Assembly: GCA_003671185.1 (NCBI GenBank)
Contig: QWPN01000106.1
Span: 1 to 62,415 of the forward strand
DNA from: Planctomycetota bacterium
GTDB lineage: Bacteria; Planctomycetota; Planctomycetia; Pirellulales; UBA1268
Direction of reading: 5' to 3'
DNA length: 62,415 nt
A program made the position numbers and the translations under genes. Shown in pieces: positions 1 to 11,952 of the stretch. Under the pieces are notes generated by a model. It was not told the DNA's origin and made no database searches. It saw only the letters and a program-made list of their open reading frames with translations. Each line of letters begins with the position of its first letter. Position 1 is the stretch's first letter.

Positions 1-1098
1 GGCATCCTCACCAGCGGTGGCGACTGTCCGGGGCTGAACGCCGTGATCCGCGCCGCCACCAAGGCCGGCACGCGTCTCGGCTACGACGTGGTCGGCTTTC
101 TCAAGGGCTACGAGGGCCTCGTTGACCCCGTCTCCTACATGCCGCTCGACGCTTACAACACGGCGGGCATCCTCCTCCGCGGCGGCACGATACTCGGTTC
201 CACGAATAAGGGCCGGTTCTCGACGCTCGTCGGCCATGGACAGCGCGTGGAGATCGACCCGCAGTTGCTCGACCAGGCCGCTGCCACCGTGCGGCAACTG
301 GCCATCGCCGGGCTCATCTGCGTGGGGGGCGACGGCTCGCTGGCCATCGCCCAGCAACTCTTTCGGCATGGCGTGCCGGTGGTCGGCGTGCCCAAGACGA
401 TCGACAACGACCTGGGCGCCACCACGTTCACCTTCGGCTTCGACTCCGCCGTAGCCACGGCGACCGACGCCCTCGACCGGCTGCACACGACCGCCGCCAG
501 CCACGAGCGGGTGATGGTCCTCGAGGTGATGGGCCGGCACGCCGGTTGGATCGCCCTGCACGCGGGGATGGCCGGGGGCGGCGACGTGATCCTGCTGCCG
601 GAGATTCCCTGGACGTTCGAAAACGTGTGCCGCAAGGTGCTGGAACGGGAGCACGAGGGCAAACGCTTCACGCTCATCGTCGTGGCCGAGGGGGCCGCAC
701 TGCCCGGTGGGGAGCTCGTTCACGATGGCGACGGCGGCGAGCGGCGGCAGGTGAAGCTGGGGGGCATCGGCGAGATCGTGGCCCGCGAAGTGGGCACGCG
801 TCTGCAGCGTGACGTCCGCACCGTCGTTCTCGGTCACCTGCAGCGCGGCGGCATGCCCACCTCGTTCGACCGCATGCTGGCCACGCAGTATGGCGCCCAC
901 GCCGTGCGCCTCGTGCACGAGGGCCGCTTCGGCGAGATGGTCTGCTACCGTCCTCCGCACATCACGAGCGTGCCGATCGCGGAGGCCGTCAGCCAGCTCG
1001 CCACCGTCGATCCGCAGGGGTCGGCCGTGCAGGCCGCCCGGGCCCTGGGCATCGGATTCGGCACCGACGCCACCAGCGACCGGCCGTTCGGGGCGTGA
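1..1098 (+). CDS. pfkA: 6-phosphofructokinase, 5'-truncated by the window edge
   Basis: Frame 1 is open from base 1 ([19 protein letters not shown]...) and runs into the listed 43..1098 ORF. PFK family motifs GGDGS, PKTIDND, MGRHAGW and GHLQRGG are present. Confidence 0.9.
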   Translation, partial: GILTSGGDCPGLNAVIRAATKAGTRLGYDVVGFLKGYEGLVDPVSYMPLDAYNTAGILLRGGTILGSTNKGRFSTLVGHGQRVEIDPQLLDQAAATVRQLAIAGLICVGGDGSLAIAQQLFRHGVPVVGVPKTIDNDLGATTFTFGFDSAVATATDALDRLHTTAASHERVMVLEVMGRHAGWIALHAGMAGGGDVILLPEIPWTFENVCRKVLEREHEGKRFTLIVVAEGAALPGGELVHDGDGGERRQVKLGGIGEIVAREVGTRLQRDVRTVVLGHLQRGGMPTSFDRMLATQYGAHAVRLVHEGRFGEMVCYRPPHITSVPIAEAVSQLATVDPQGSAVQAARALGIGFGTDATSDRPFGA

Positions 1099-1199
1099 AC
1101 CGCGAGCCAGGCCCCTGGCATTGCCCGTGGCAGGTGCGGATGGTCTGCTTGGTTCGTCCGGCAGGGATGATCGGCAAGACAGGCACTCAAGGAGTCGAC

Positions 1200-3182
<1,983 letters not shown>

Positions 3183-3189
3183 CGGCGGC

Positions 3190-5712
3190 ATGCCCGAGGC
3201 CCCCGAACTGCTCGCGCCCGCCGGTGACTGGGACTGCGTCCGCGCGGCGATCGAGAACGGGGCCGACGCCGTCTACTTCGGCCTCGATGTGGGGTTCAAC
3301 GCGCGGGCCCGGGCCACGAATTTTCCGCTCGCAGATCTGCCCGGGCTGATGCAGACGCTGCACCGGCGCGGTCTCAAGGGCTACGCCACGCTCAACACGC
3401 TCGTGTTCAGTGACGAGTTGGCCGCCTTCGCCGCGGCGGTGGCGGCCCTGGCTGAGGCGGGTGTCGATGCGGTGCTCGTGCAGGACGTGGGGGCCGCCCG
3501 GTTGGCGCGAGAAGTGTGCCCCGAACTCTCTCTCCATGCCTCCACGCAGATGACGCTCACCAGCGCCGAATGCATCGCCCTCGCGGAGGAACTGGGCATG
3601 CAGCGGGTGGTGGTGGCCCGCGAACTCTCCATCGCCGAGATCGCGGCGATCCGCGGGGAGACGACGCTGCCGCTGGAGGTGTTCGTGCATGGTGCCCTGT
3701 GCGTCGCCTACTCGGGACAGTGCCTGACGAGCGAGTCGCTGGGGGGCCGCAGCGCCAACCGCGGGCAGTGTGCCCAGGCCTGCCGGCTGCCCTACGAGCT
3801 CGTCTGCGACGGCCGTGACGTCGACCTGGGCGCCCAGAAATACCTGCTCTCGCCGCAGGACCTGGCGGCCCACGCCCTGGTGCCGGAGTTGATCGCCGCC
3901 GGCGTGCAGTCGTTCAAGATCGAGGGCCGGCTGAAGACGGCCGAGTACGTGGCCAATATCACGCGGCATTACCGCCGGGCCATCGATACGGCCCTGGCCG
4001 GACAGCCGGTGGCCTTCACGCCGCGCCAGGTGGAGGAGATGGAACTGTCATTCTCGCGCGGCTTCTCACCGGGCTGGCTGCGGGGCTGCGACCACAAGAT
4101 GCTGGTGCCGGCGACATCGAGCGCCAAGCGCGGCGTGCGGCTGGGGACCGTCGTGGAAGTGCGCCGGGGCCGCGTCGTGGTGCAACTCGCCGCGGGACTG
4201 GCCGGGGGCGTGAAGCGCGGCGACGGCGTGGCCTTCGACTGCGGGGCCACGAGCGACGAGGCCCGCGGCGGCCGCGTCTACGAGGTCTTCCAGGGAGGCG
4301 ATTCGCTTACCGAGCCCGCCACGGCAGGCCGTGTGGAACTGGCCTTCGGTCGCGACGCGCTCGACCTGGCCGCAATCGCGGCAGGCCAGGCGGTCTGGAA
4401 GACCGACGACCCGCAGCTCAGTTCTCGGCTGCGGAAGTCGTTCGCCGCGGCGGAGCCGCAGCGGCGGCAGCCGGTCGACCTGCACGTCGCCGTGGCCCCT
4501 GGCAGGCCGGTTCACGTCACGGCCTGCAGCGCCGCCGGCGCCACCTGCGAGGCCCTTTCGGATGAGCCCGCCCGCGAAGCGATGAAGCACCCGCTCACGG
4601 CCGACACGCTCCGCGACCACCTGGGGCGACTGGGGGGCACGCCGTTCGAACTGCGGACGCTGACGGCCGACATCGACGGAAGCCCGATGCTCCCCTTCAG
4701 CGTGCTGGGCAGGTTGCGGCACGACCTCGTGGCCCGGCTCGAGGCGGCGGCAACGGCCGTTCCCGCGCGCCGCATCGACCATGAGGCCGGGCGGCCAAAG
4801 ATCTCCACCCGGCGGGACGGAGCCGGCGCTGCGGTCGGCGCCCCGCGCCCGTTGCCGGGGCTGCAGATCCTCGTCCGCTCGCTCGAGCAGCTCCGCGCGG
4901 CGCTCGAGATCGGCGAGCGCCGGCTGTACGCAGAGTTCGCCGACATCCGGCAGTATCGCGAGGCGGTGGAGACGTGCCGGGCCGCCGGAGCCTCGATCCA
5001 TCTGGCCACGCCGCGCATCCAGAAACCCGGTGAAATGGGCATCTTCGGCCTGCTCGCCAGGCAGGAGCCCGATGGCATCCTCGTGCGCAACCACGCGGGG
5101 CTGCGCTTCTTCCGCGACCGCGGCTTGCCGGTGGTGGGCGACTTCTCGCTCAACGTCACGAACGAGCGGTCGGCGGAATTCTTCGTGGCGGCTGGCTGCG
5201 GCCGCATCACCGCGTCGTACGACATGAATCGTGAGCAGCTCCTGGCCCTCGTGGCAGCCGTGCCGCCGCCATGGCTGGAGGTGGTGATCCACCAGCGGAT
5301 GCCGATGTTCCACATGGAGCACTGCGTGTTCTGCGCCGTGCTGTCACCCGGCACCGACAAGACGAACTGCGGCCGGCCCTGCGACGACCACGTCGTGAAG
5401 CTCCGTGACCGCATCGGCGTGGAGCATCCGCTCACGGCCGACGTGGGCTGTCGCAACACGCTCTACAACGCCGTGCCACAGAGCGCCGCCGAGGCGGTGC
5501 CGGCGCTCCTGGCGCAGGGCCTGTCCCAGTTCCGGATCGAGCTTCTCGATGAGGAGCGAGAGGAGATCGGCCGTGTGGTGGGCTGGTACCGCGAACTGCT
5601 GGCGGGCCGCGCCAGCGGTCGTGACGTGTGGACGGCGCTCAACGCCGCCAACCGCGTGGGGGTGACCCGCGGCACGCTCGAGGAGCGGCGCAATCCGCTG
5701 GCGTTGCTGTAA
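3190..5712 (+). CDS. U32-family protein, long form (peptidase U32 / RlhA-YdcP-like)
   Basis: Has the U32 signature EVFVHGALCVAYSGQCLTS and the N-terminus PELLAPAGDWDCVRAAIENGADAVYFG. The ATG at 3190 (codon 73 of the listed 2974 ORF) avoids overlap with acs. It is about 840 aa with a long C-terminal extension. Confidence 0.8.
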   Translation: MPEAPELLAPAGDWDCVRAAIENGADAVYFGLDVGFNARARATNFPLADLPGLMQTLHRRGLKGYATLNTLVFSDELAAFAAAVAALAEAGVDAVLVQDVGAARLAREVCPELSLHASTQMTLTSAECIALAEELGMQRVVVARELSIAEIAAIRGETTLPLEVFVHGALCVAYSGQCLTSESLGGRSANRGQCAQACRLPYELVCDGRDVDLGAQKYLLSPQDLAAHALVPELIAAGVQSFKIEGRLKTAEYVANITRHYRRAIDTALAGQPVAFTPRQVEEMELSFSRGFSPGWLRGCDHKMLVPATSSAKRGVRLGTVVEVRRGRVVVQLAAGLAGGVKRGDGVAFDCGATSDEARGGRVYEVFQGGDSLTEPATAGRVELAFGRDALDLAAIAAGQAVWKTDDPQLSSRLRKSFAAAEPQRRQPVDLHVAVAPGRPVHVTACSAAGATCEALSDEPAREAMKHPLTADTLRDHLGRLGGTPFELRTLTADIDGSPMLPFSVLGRLRHDLVARLEAAATAVPARRIDHEAGRPKISTRRDGAGAAVGAPRPLPGLQILVRSLEQLRAALEIGERRLYAEFADIRQYREAVETCRAAGASIHLATPRIQKPGEMGIFGLLARQEPDGILVRNHAGLRFFRDRGLPVVGDFSLNVTNERSAEFFVAAGCGRITASYDMNREQLLALVAAVPPPWLEVVIHQRMPMFHMEHCVFCAVLSPGTDKTNCGRPCDDHVVKLRDRIGVEHPLTADVGCRNTLYNAVPQSAAEAVPALLAQGLSQFRIELLDEEREEIGRVVGWYRELLAGRASGRDVWTALNAANRVGVTRGTLEERRNPLALL

Positions 5713-5717
5713 AGGAC

Positions 5718-5750
5718 GCGGCCCGGGGCGGTGAGGCCGACCCGGGCCGC
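5718..5750. terminator. perfect 10-bp GC stem-loop between convergent genes
   Basis: gcggcccggg (5718-5727) pairs perfectly with cccgggccgc (5741-5750) across a 13-nt loop. It sits between the U32 stop (5712) and the DUF937 stop (5781). There is no T-tract. Confidence 0.45.
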
Positions 5751-5780
5751 ATGATCACGACGTGTGGTTGCCGGCGCGAA

Positions 5781-6917
5781 TCACTTCGCCAGCCGGGTGA
5801 GCGATTCCACCATCGATGTCACGGTGGGGCCGAGCACATCCCTGACGCCCGGGATCGCCATCACGGTGTCGATCAAGGTGGAGAGCATGCCCAGGTTCTT
5901 GCCGATGAAGTCGGCGAACGCGGGCTTCTCCTCGGCGGGCAGTTTGCCGGCCTCCTCCTCGAGCGACGTGAGCATGGGGGTGAGGTTCTTCAGTGCCGGC
6001 AGGGCCGATTTTGCGGTCTCCTCGTCGGTCACGCCCTTGAGCGCGCCGGTCAGCCCGGCGAACAACTCTGTGGCGTTCTTGCCCACCCGGATCGCCTCCA
6101 GGAACCTGGGATCGATCGCCAGGGTCTTGATGACCGTGTCGACGACGTCGTTTCCTTGGCGCTCGATGATTTCCTCGGTCTGCTCGGTGATGGGGCCGAT
6201 GGTGCGCTCCGTTTCAATCACGGCCACAGTGCCGTCACCCTGATCGGCCTTCTTGTTCTGGTCCCACAGGTACCAGCCCGCGGCGATCGCCGCCAGCGCC
6301 AGCAGGGGCAGCAGCCAGCCCGGCAGTCCGGCGGCAGCCGGCTCCTCGCGGCCCCTGTGTGCCTCGACCTGTCGGCCCGCGTCGGTGACTGTCGAGAGCA
6401 CGTCGCCGAGCGAAAATCCCTTCGGCAGCGAGTCGCGGATGTTGGCCGACTGCTCCGAGAACAGCCGGGACACGCCGGCGGCGTCGGGCTTGCCGGTGAA
6501 CTGTTTCGCCACCACGCCGAGCACGATCGGCGCCAGGTAGGTGAGCAGCGTCTTCATCAGACCCGGCTGCAGGCCGACGAACGAAGCGATCGCGTTCACC
6601 AGGCTCGACAGCGACCTGTCGCCGCCCAGCAGGGAGCCCAGCAGGTCGCCGCCGAGGCCACCCAGGCTCGATGCCCGGCCGCCGCCGAGCAGGCCGGCGA
6701 GGTTGCCCAGTGCCGACAGGTCGAGACCACCCATGGCCTTGGTGAGTTGGTCGGCGCCGGTCTTCGAGGACGCCAGTTTCGCGAACACCTCGAGCAACGC
6801 GGGCACCGCCGTGGCCGTGGCCGACTTCGTCTGCGTCTCGTTGACGCCGACCAGGCCGCCGAGTTTGCCGAGGACGTCGGTGGACAACTGGCTGGAAATC
6901 AGATCGACGATGTTCAT
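5781..6917 (-). CDS. DUF937-like membrane protein
   Basis: The ATG at 6917 (codon 99 of the listed ORF) is preceded by GGAGG. The N-terminus MNIVDLISSQLS..LGKLGGLVG and Gly/Leu-rich repeats are typical of DUF937. A central TM helix (GWLLPLLALAAIAAGWYLW) is present. Confidence 0.6.
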   Translation of the reverse strand: MNIVDLISSQLSTDVLGKLGGLVGVNETQTKSATATAVPALLEVFAKLASSKTGADQLTKAMGGLDLSALGNLAGLLGGGRASSLGGLGGDLLGSLLGGDRSLSSLVNAIASFVGLQPGLMKTLLTYLAPIVLGVVAKQFTGKPDAAGVSRLFSEQSANIRDSLPKGFSLGDVLSTVTDAGRQVEAHRGREEPAAAGLPGWLLPLLALAAIAAGWYLWDQNKKADQGDGTVAVIETERTIGPITEQTEEIIERQGNDVVDTVIKTLAIDPRFLEAIRVGKNATELFAGLTGALKGVTDEETAKSALPALKNLTPMLTSLEEEAGKLPAEEKPAFADFIGKNLGMLSTLIDTVMAIPGVRDVLGPTVTSMVESLTRLAK

Positions 6918-7158
6918 GGTCCGCCTCCAGAAGGAAAGGGAGAGTCGTGAAACCGAGTGTTTATGATCACGCCCTCCCTGGCGACCGGTCCGGCACCCGG
7001 GCAGTCTGCCCGGAAAAGGCGGTCTGCCGGCACCCCGACATGTTGTAGGACACGGAAACAGGGGTCGCAAGAAGTACGGCCCATGTCGGGCTGAACTTCG
7101 TCGCACCGGCAGCCCTCGCCGTGCCTGGGGATGCCGCCGCCGGTCGCTCCCCGGCCGC

Positions 7159-10023
7159 TCACCAGTAGACGTAGTGCAGAAACCGCTCCTGGTCGGCCTT
7201 CGGCAGGTCATCGACCCTGGGGATCACCCAGCGATTGTCATCGCTGTCGATCAGCATCCGGCCGCCACTGCCGAAGTCGAGCACCTGGCCCTGGGTCCAG
7301 CGGGTGCTGAACGAGCGCCGGCCGACATCCGTGTCGACGTCGAAGTCGAGGAATCCCTGCCCCAGCCGCACGCCGTGAATGCCGCGAATCGTCCGCACGA
7401 GCGACCGGCGACAAAGCGCCGTCCGCAACACGGCGCGGTCTGTCGGCTCCCAGTCGGCGAGCGCACGAATCATGCCGATCTCGACATCGTCGCCGGCGTC
7501 GTTCCAACGGCGCACAGAGAGCCAACACTCTGGGTGCGACGCCGGTAGCGCGGGCACGACGAAGATACCGGCCTCGAGTGCGTTGCCCACCTGCATGTCG
7601 ATGCGGCCGAGCGGGCCGGTCACGAAACGCTGCCTGCCCGGTGTGAGCCATGCGATGCCCGCCGCGGCCGGTTCGGCGGCGGGGACTGGCGCTGCTGCGG
7701 CCTCGCCGCCGGTGTCGAGCAACCGGTCGACGCTGGGGTGCTTCGAGACCTGCGTCTGCAGGCGGACCAGCCGGGCGTAGATGCCGTCGGCGGCCAGCAG
7801 TTCGGCGTGTGTTCCCTGCTCCGCGAGGCGGCCACGGTCGAAGGCCAGGATACGATCGGCGTTGCGCAGCGTGGAGAGCCGGTGCGCGATGGCGATCGTG
7901 GTGCGGCCGCGGACGAGCACGGCCAACGCGTCCTGGATCGCCCGTTCCGCCTCGGCGTCGATGTTGCTCGTGGCCTCGTCGAGCACGAGGATGCGCGGGT
8001 CGTAGAGCAGCGTGCGCGCGATGGAGAGCCGCTGCTTCTCGCCGCCGGAGAGGCCCGCTCCCTGCTCCCCGAGGAGCGTCTCGTAGGCCAGCGACTGGCG
8101 GCAGATGAAGTCGTGGGCTCCGGCCGCCTTGGCGGCCGCCAAGCCCTCCTCGATCGTGGCTCCGGGACGGCCGTAGCACAGGTTTCGCCAGATCGTGCCC
8201 CGGAACAGGAACGACTCCTGGAACACGATGCCGAGTTTCTCGCGCAGGTCGCGCGAGGCGATCGTGCGGATGTCGTGCCCGTCGACGGTGATGCTGCCTT
8301 CCTGCACGTCGTGGAACCGACCCAGCAGATTGACGAGCGTGCTCTTTCCGGAGCCGGAGCGGCCCACGATCCCCACCATCTCGCCGGGCCGCACCTCGAA
8401 CGACACGTCGTGCAACACCGGCTGGTTGGCGTCGTAGCCGAAGGTCACGTTCGCGAAGCGGATGGCGCCCCGCACGTCGGTCCAGCGGGCCGGAGTGGCC
8501 GGCTCACCCACTTGGACCGGCGCGTCGAGCAACTCCAGCACCCGCTTGCTGCCGGAGAGAAAACTCGTCAGCCAGGTCGTGAAATTGGAGAGCGCCCCCA
8601 GGGGGGCATAGAACATGGCCAGGTAGGCGAGGAAGGCGATCAACTGCCCGAGCGTCATCTCGCCACCGATCACGTCCCGGCCGCCCACGTACCACACGAT
8701 CAGGCCGCCCAGCCCGAACACGACCTGCATCGCCGCCGCATAGGCGGCGTTCGTGTGCTCGACCCACTCCCGCCAGCGCCGCAGGTGGTCGCTGGCACCG
8801 TGGAACCGCTCCCGCTCCCCGGGTTCCTGTGCGAACGCCTTGACGACGCGGATGCCCGACAGCATCCCGGAGAGCGTGGTCATCTGCTTGCTGGAGGCGT
8901 CCCAGAGCCGGTAGTAGCGCGGGTAGACGTGCCGCCAGAACACCCACGAGCCGAGGATCACCAGCGGCACCGGGATCAGCGTGTAGAGGGCGAGCACGGG
9001 GTTGATCCAGAACAGCATCGCGCCCACGCCGACGAGTTGCACGACCTGCAGCAGGAAGCCTCCCGTGATCTGCTGCATGAGCCCGTGCAACACCTCGCTA
9101 TCGTGGGCCACGCGGCTGATCATCGAACCCACCTGGTGGCGGTCGTAATAGGCCACGGACAGGCCCTGCAGCTTCGTCACCATCTCGGCCCGCAGTGTGG
9201 CGGTCAGGCCGCCGCCGATCGCCGCCGCCAGCCGGCCCTTGAACATGCCCACCGCGGAGAGCACGACGCGGGACAGCGCCAGCGCCAGCACAACCACGAG
9301 CAGGGCCGTGGTGAAGTCGGGCCGTGCCGTGTCGGCAGCCCGGGCCGAGAGGATGTCGTCGACCATGTACTGCTGCAGCTTGGGCGGCACGAGTTCGGCG
9401 ACCACGCCCAGCAGGGTGAGCAGGCAGAGCAGCCCGGCGCTGCGGGCGTGGGGAACGAGCAGCCTGGCGACCCGCTGCAGGATCCGCCCCTTCTGCAGGC
9501 AGCGCGGGCAGGCGTCGGAGGTGTCGGCCAGCCGCAGTCCGCAGCCTCCGCAGCGGGGCGGGTCGAGCGGCCCGTCGCAGGGCAACGCGTCGCAGGGCAG
9601 GCCGGCGGCCAGGGTTTCACGGACCCGCGACAGTCCGCGCGAGACGTGGTGGAAACGGTGGGCCAGGGCGTTGGAGTAGCGGAGCAGGTCGATCCAGCCG
9701 TCGGCCAGCCGCAGTTGCAGGCAGCCACCACCGACGCCCGCCGCGGTGCGCACGTCCCTGACGTCGGGCCAGGCCACGCTCCGGCTGACGGAGTCGTCGC
9801 GGGCCACCGTGAGGTGGTCGGGCGTGACGACCAGCCATTCGGGGGCCGGCTCGCCGTCGAGCGAGACGTCGGTGACGACCGCCAACAGAATGGGCCGGTG
9901 GTTGAGCCCGGCCGCGTCGAGGCCGCGCCGCACGGCCGCCGGCGGCTCGCCGCCGGCGCTCGGCGCTGACTGGCCTGGTGGCGATCCGCGGCGCGTGGTC
10001 GTATGCTCTGGGAGGCTCACCAC
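7159..10023 (-). CDS. ABC exporter (fused TMD-NBD) with N-terminal PH-like/zinc-ribbon module and C-terminal DUF1854-like domain
   Basis: Carries Walker A GRSGSGKSTL, the ABC signature LSGGEKQRLSIAR and Walker B ILVLDEATS. The six-helix TMD is of MsbA type. An N-terminal CGGCG...CPRC motif is present. A roughly 170-aa tail follows the NBD. The start is uncertain: GTG at 10023, or GTG at 9933. Confidence 0.85.
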   Translation of the reverse strand: MVSLPEHTTTRRGSPPGQSAPSAGGEPPAAVRRGLDAAGLNHRPILLAVVTDVSLDGEPAPEWLVVTPDHLTVARDDSVSRSVAWPDVRDVRTAAGVGGGCLQLRLADGWIDLLRYSNALAHRFHHVSRGLSRVRETLAAGLPCDALPCDGPLDPPRCGGCGLRLADTSDACPRCLQKGRILQRVARLLVPHARSAGLLCLLTLLGVVAELVPPKLQQYMVDDILSARAADTARPDFTTALLVVVLALALSRVVLSAVGMFKGRLAAAIGGGLTATLRAEMVTKLQGLSVAYYDRHQVGSMISRVAHDSEVLHGLMQQITGGFLLQVVQLVGVGAMLFWINPVLALYTLIPVPLVILGSWVFWRHVYPRYYRLWDASSKQMTTLSGMLSGIRVVKAFAQEPGERERFHGASDHLRRWREWVEHTNAAYAAAMQVVFGLGGLIVWYVGGRDVIGGEMTLGQLIAFLAYLAMFYAPLGALSNFTTWLTSFLSGSKRVLELLDAPVQVGEPATPARWTDVRGAIRFANVTFGYDANQPVLHDVSFEVRPGEMVGIVGRSGSGKSTLVNLLGRFHDVQEGSITVDGHDIRTIASRDLREKLGIVFQESFLFRGTIWRNLCYGRPGATIEEGLAAAKAAGAHDFICRQSLAYETLLGEQGAGLSGGEKQRLSIARTLLYDPRILVLDEATSNIDAEAERAIQDALAVLVRGRTTIAIAHRLSTLRNADRILAFDRGRLAEQGTHAELLAADGIYARLVRLQTQVSKHPSVDRLLDTGGEAAAAPVPAAEPAAAGIAWLTPGRQRFVTGPLGRIDMQVGNALEAGIFVVPALPASHPECWLSVRRWNDAGDDVEIGMIRALADWEPTDRAVLRTALCRRSLVRTIRGIHGVRLGQGFLDFDVDTDVGRRSFSTRWTQGQVLDFGSGGRMLIDSDDNRWVIPRVDDLPKADQERFLHYVYW

Positions 10024-10063
10024 GGAAGTATCGATCGACGCTGCCTTTTTTGCACGCAGGAGG

Positions 10064-10726
10064 ATGTTCGTGATCTACGCACGGCGGATGGCTTCGGTTC
10101 GCGGTTTCGCCTTGGCGGTGGCGGGCGCCTGCGTTTGGGGGGCGGCTGGCGGCGTTGCCCGGGCCGACGAGGCGGGGTTCGAGAGCCTGTTCGACGGCGC
10201 CAGCCTGGCCGGCTGGAAGGCCAACGAGAACGCCGGCAGCTGGAAGGTGGCGGACGGGGCGATCGTCTGCCACGGGCCGCGCAGCCATCTGTTCTACGTG
10301 GGTGGGGACGCGGCCAAGCCTGCCGAGTTCCGCGACTTTCACCTCAAGGCCGAGGTGATGACGAAGCCCGGGGCCAACTCCGGCGTGTTCATTCACACGG
10401 CCTTCCAACCGTCGGGCTGGCCGGCACAAGGCTACGAGGTGCAGGTCAACAACACCCAGGGCGACCCGGTCCGCACCGGCAGCCTCTACAACGTGGTCAA
10501 GGTGTTCGAGCCGCCGGCCAAGGACGGCACGTGGTTCACGCTGGAGACGGTCGTCAAGGGGAAGAGCGTGACCGTACGGGTGGACGGCCGCGTGCTCTAC
10601 GAGTTCGTCGAGCCTGACGGCGTGACCGGCACGCGGAAACTGTCGGCGGGTACTTTCGCGCTGCAGGCCCATGATCCCGGCAGCGAGGTCCACTACCGGA
10701 ACATCCGCGCGAAGCGGCTGCCGTAG
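10064..10726 (+). CDS. secreted DUF1080 (3-keto-disaccharide hydrolase-like) protein, paralogue 1
   Basis: A signal peptide is followed by DEAGFESLFDGASLAGWK...GPRSHLFY...NSGVFIH...GYEVQV...FALQAHDPGSEVHYRNIRAKRL. The AGGAGG at 10058-10063 abuts the ATG at 10064, so the GTG at 10070 or the ATG at 10085 are alternative starts. Confidence 0.8.
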   Translation: MFVIYARRMASVRGFALAVAGACVWGAAGGVARADEAGFESLFDGASLAGWKANENAGSWKVADGAIVCHGPRSHLFYVGGDAAKPAEFRDFHLKAEVMTKPGANSGVFIHTAFQPSGWPAQGYEVQVNNTQGDPVRTGSLYNVVKVFEPPAKDGTWFTLETVVKGKSVTVRVDGRVLYEFVEPDGVTGTRKLSAGTFALQAHDPGSEVHYRNIRAKRLP

Positions 10727-10936
10727 CCGGGCCGTCACCACGGTCGCCGGTCTCCGCGCGCCGGCAGTGTTTCCGCAGCCTGCCCCGCTCCGCGCGCCGA
10801 CACCTGTCGCCGCCGGCTGGCCGGCATGGTGGGGCGGCTTCTGGTGTTTCCTTGCCGGCGGCTGTGCTTGATAATCGCCGCTTCGCGCCCGGCCCCGCCG
10901 CGGAGCCGGGCGGCCTTCACGTGCGGAGATGAAGCC

Positions 10937-11899
10937 ATGATCACGACCAGTCTGCCGGCAGGAATCCGCGAGGACATCACCCAGTGCATCGGCCGCACGC
11001 CACTGGTGCGTCTGCGGCGGGTGACGGAGGGCTGCCTGGCCACCGTGGCCGGCAAGATCGAGAACATGAACCCGCTGTGGAGCGTCAAGGATCGCATCGC
11101 CTGCGCGATGATCGACGCCGCGGAGCGGGAGGGGCGGATCGGCCCCGACACGATCGTCATCGAGCCCACCAGTGGCAACACCGGCATCGGCTTGGCCTAC
11201 GTGTGCGCGGCCCGCGGCTACAAGCTCCGTGTCACGATGCCCGAGAGCATGAGCTTGGAGCGGCGGCGCATGCTCAAGGCGCTGGGGGCGGAACTGGTGC
11301 TCACGCCGGCCGCCGAGGGCATGCCTGGGGCGGTGCGGAACGCCGAGGAGATCAGCCGCTCCAGCAGCCAGTTCTTCATGCCGCAGCAGTTCAAGAATCC
11401 CGCCAACCCCGAGGTGCACCGGCGCACCACCGCCGAGGAGATCTGGCAGGACACCGAGGGCCGGGTGGACGCCGTGGTGTGCGGCGTGGGCACGGGCGGC
11501 ACGATCACCGGCGTGGGGGAGACGCTCAAGAGCCGCAATCCCCACGTGCGGGTCGTGGCCGTGGAGCCGGCCAACAGCCCGGTCATCTCGCAGAAGCTCG
11601 CCGGCCAGCCCATCAAGCCGGGCCGGCATACCATCCAGGGCATCGGTGCGGGCTTCATCCCGGAAATCCTCAACCTCGACATCATCGACGAGGTGGTCAA
11701 GGTCGACGACGAGGACGCGATGGAGACGGCCAGGCAGCTCGCCAAACGCGAGGGGCTGATGTGCGGCATCAGCTGCGGTGCCGCCGCCTGGGGTGCGCTC
11801 CAGGTGGCCCGTCGTGCCGAGTTCGCCGGCAAACTGGTGGTGGTGGTGCTCCCCGACCTCGGCGAACGCTACCTGTCGACGAAGTTGTTTCCCGAGTGA
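10937..11899 (+). CDS. cysK: cysteine synthase A (O-acetylserine sulfhydrylase)
   Basis: Has IGRTPLVRL, the PLP-lysine region [22 protein letters not shown] and [10 protein letters not shown]. The start is the ATG at 10937 within the listed 10826 ORF. Confidence 0.92.
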   Translation: MITTSLPAGIREDITQCIGRTPLVRLRRVTEGCLATVAGKIENMNPLWSVKDRIACAMIDAAEREGRIGPDTIVIEPTSGNTGIGLAYVCAARGYKLRVTMPESMSLERRRMLKALGAELVLTPAAEGMPGAVRNAEEISRSSSQFFMPQQFKNPANPEVHRRTTAEEIWQDTEGRVDAVVCGVGTGGTITGVGETLKSRNPHVRVVAVEPANSPVISQKLAGQPIKPGRHTIQGIGAGFIPEILNLDIIDEVVKVDDEDAMETARQLAKREGLMCGISCGAAAWGALQVARRAEFAGKLVVVVLPDLGERYLSTKLFPE

Positions 11900-11952
11900 C
11901 CGTGAGGTCGGCTCCGCGGCCGAAGGTCAGGGACGACTTTGTCCACGGACAG

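Noticed and set aside
7738-9969. 743-aa plus-strand ORF opposite the ABC transporter
   Set aside because: The minus strand carries Walker A/B and the ABC signature. The plus-strand frame has no motifs and is a typical GC-artefact.
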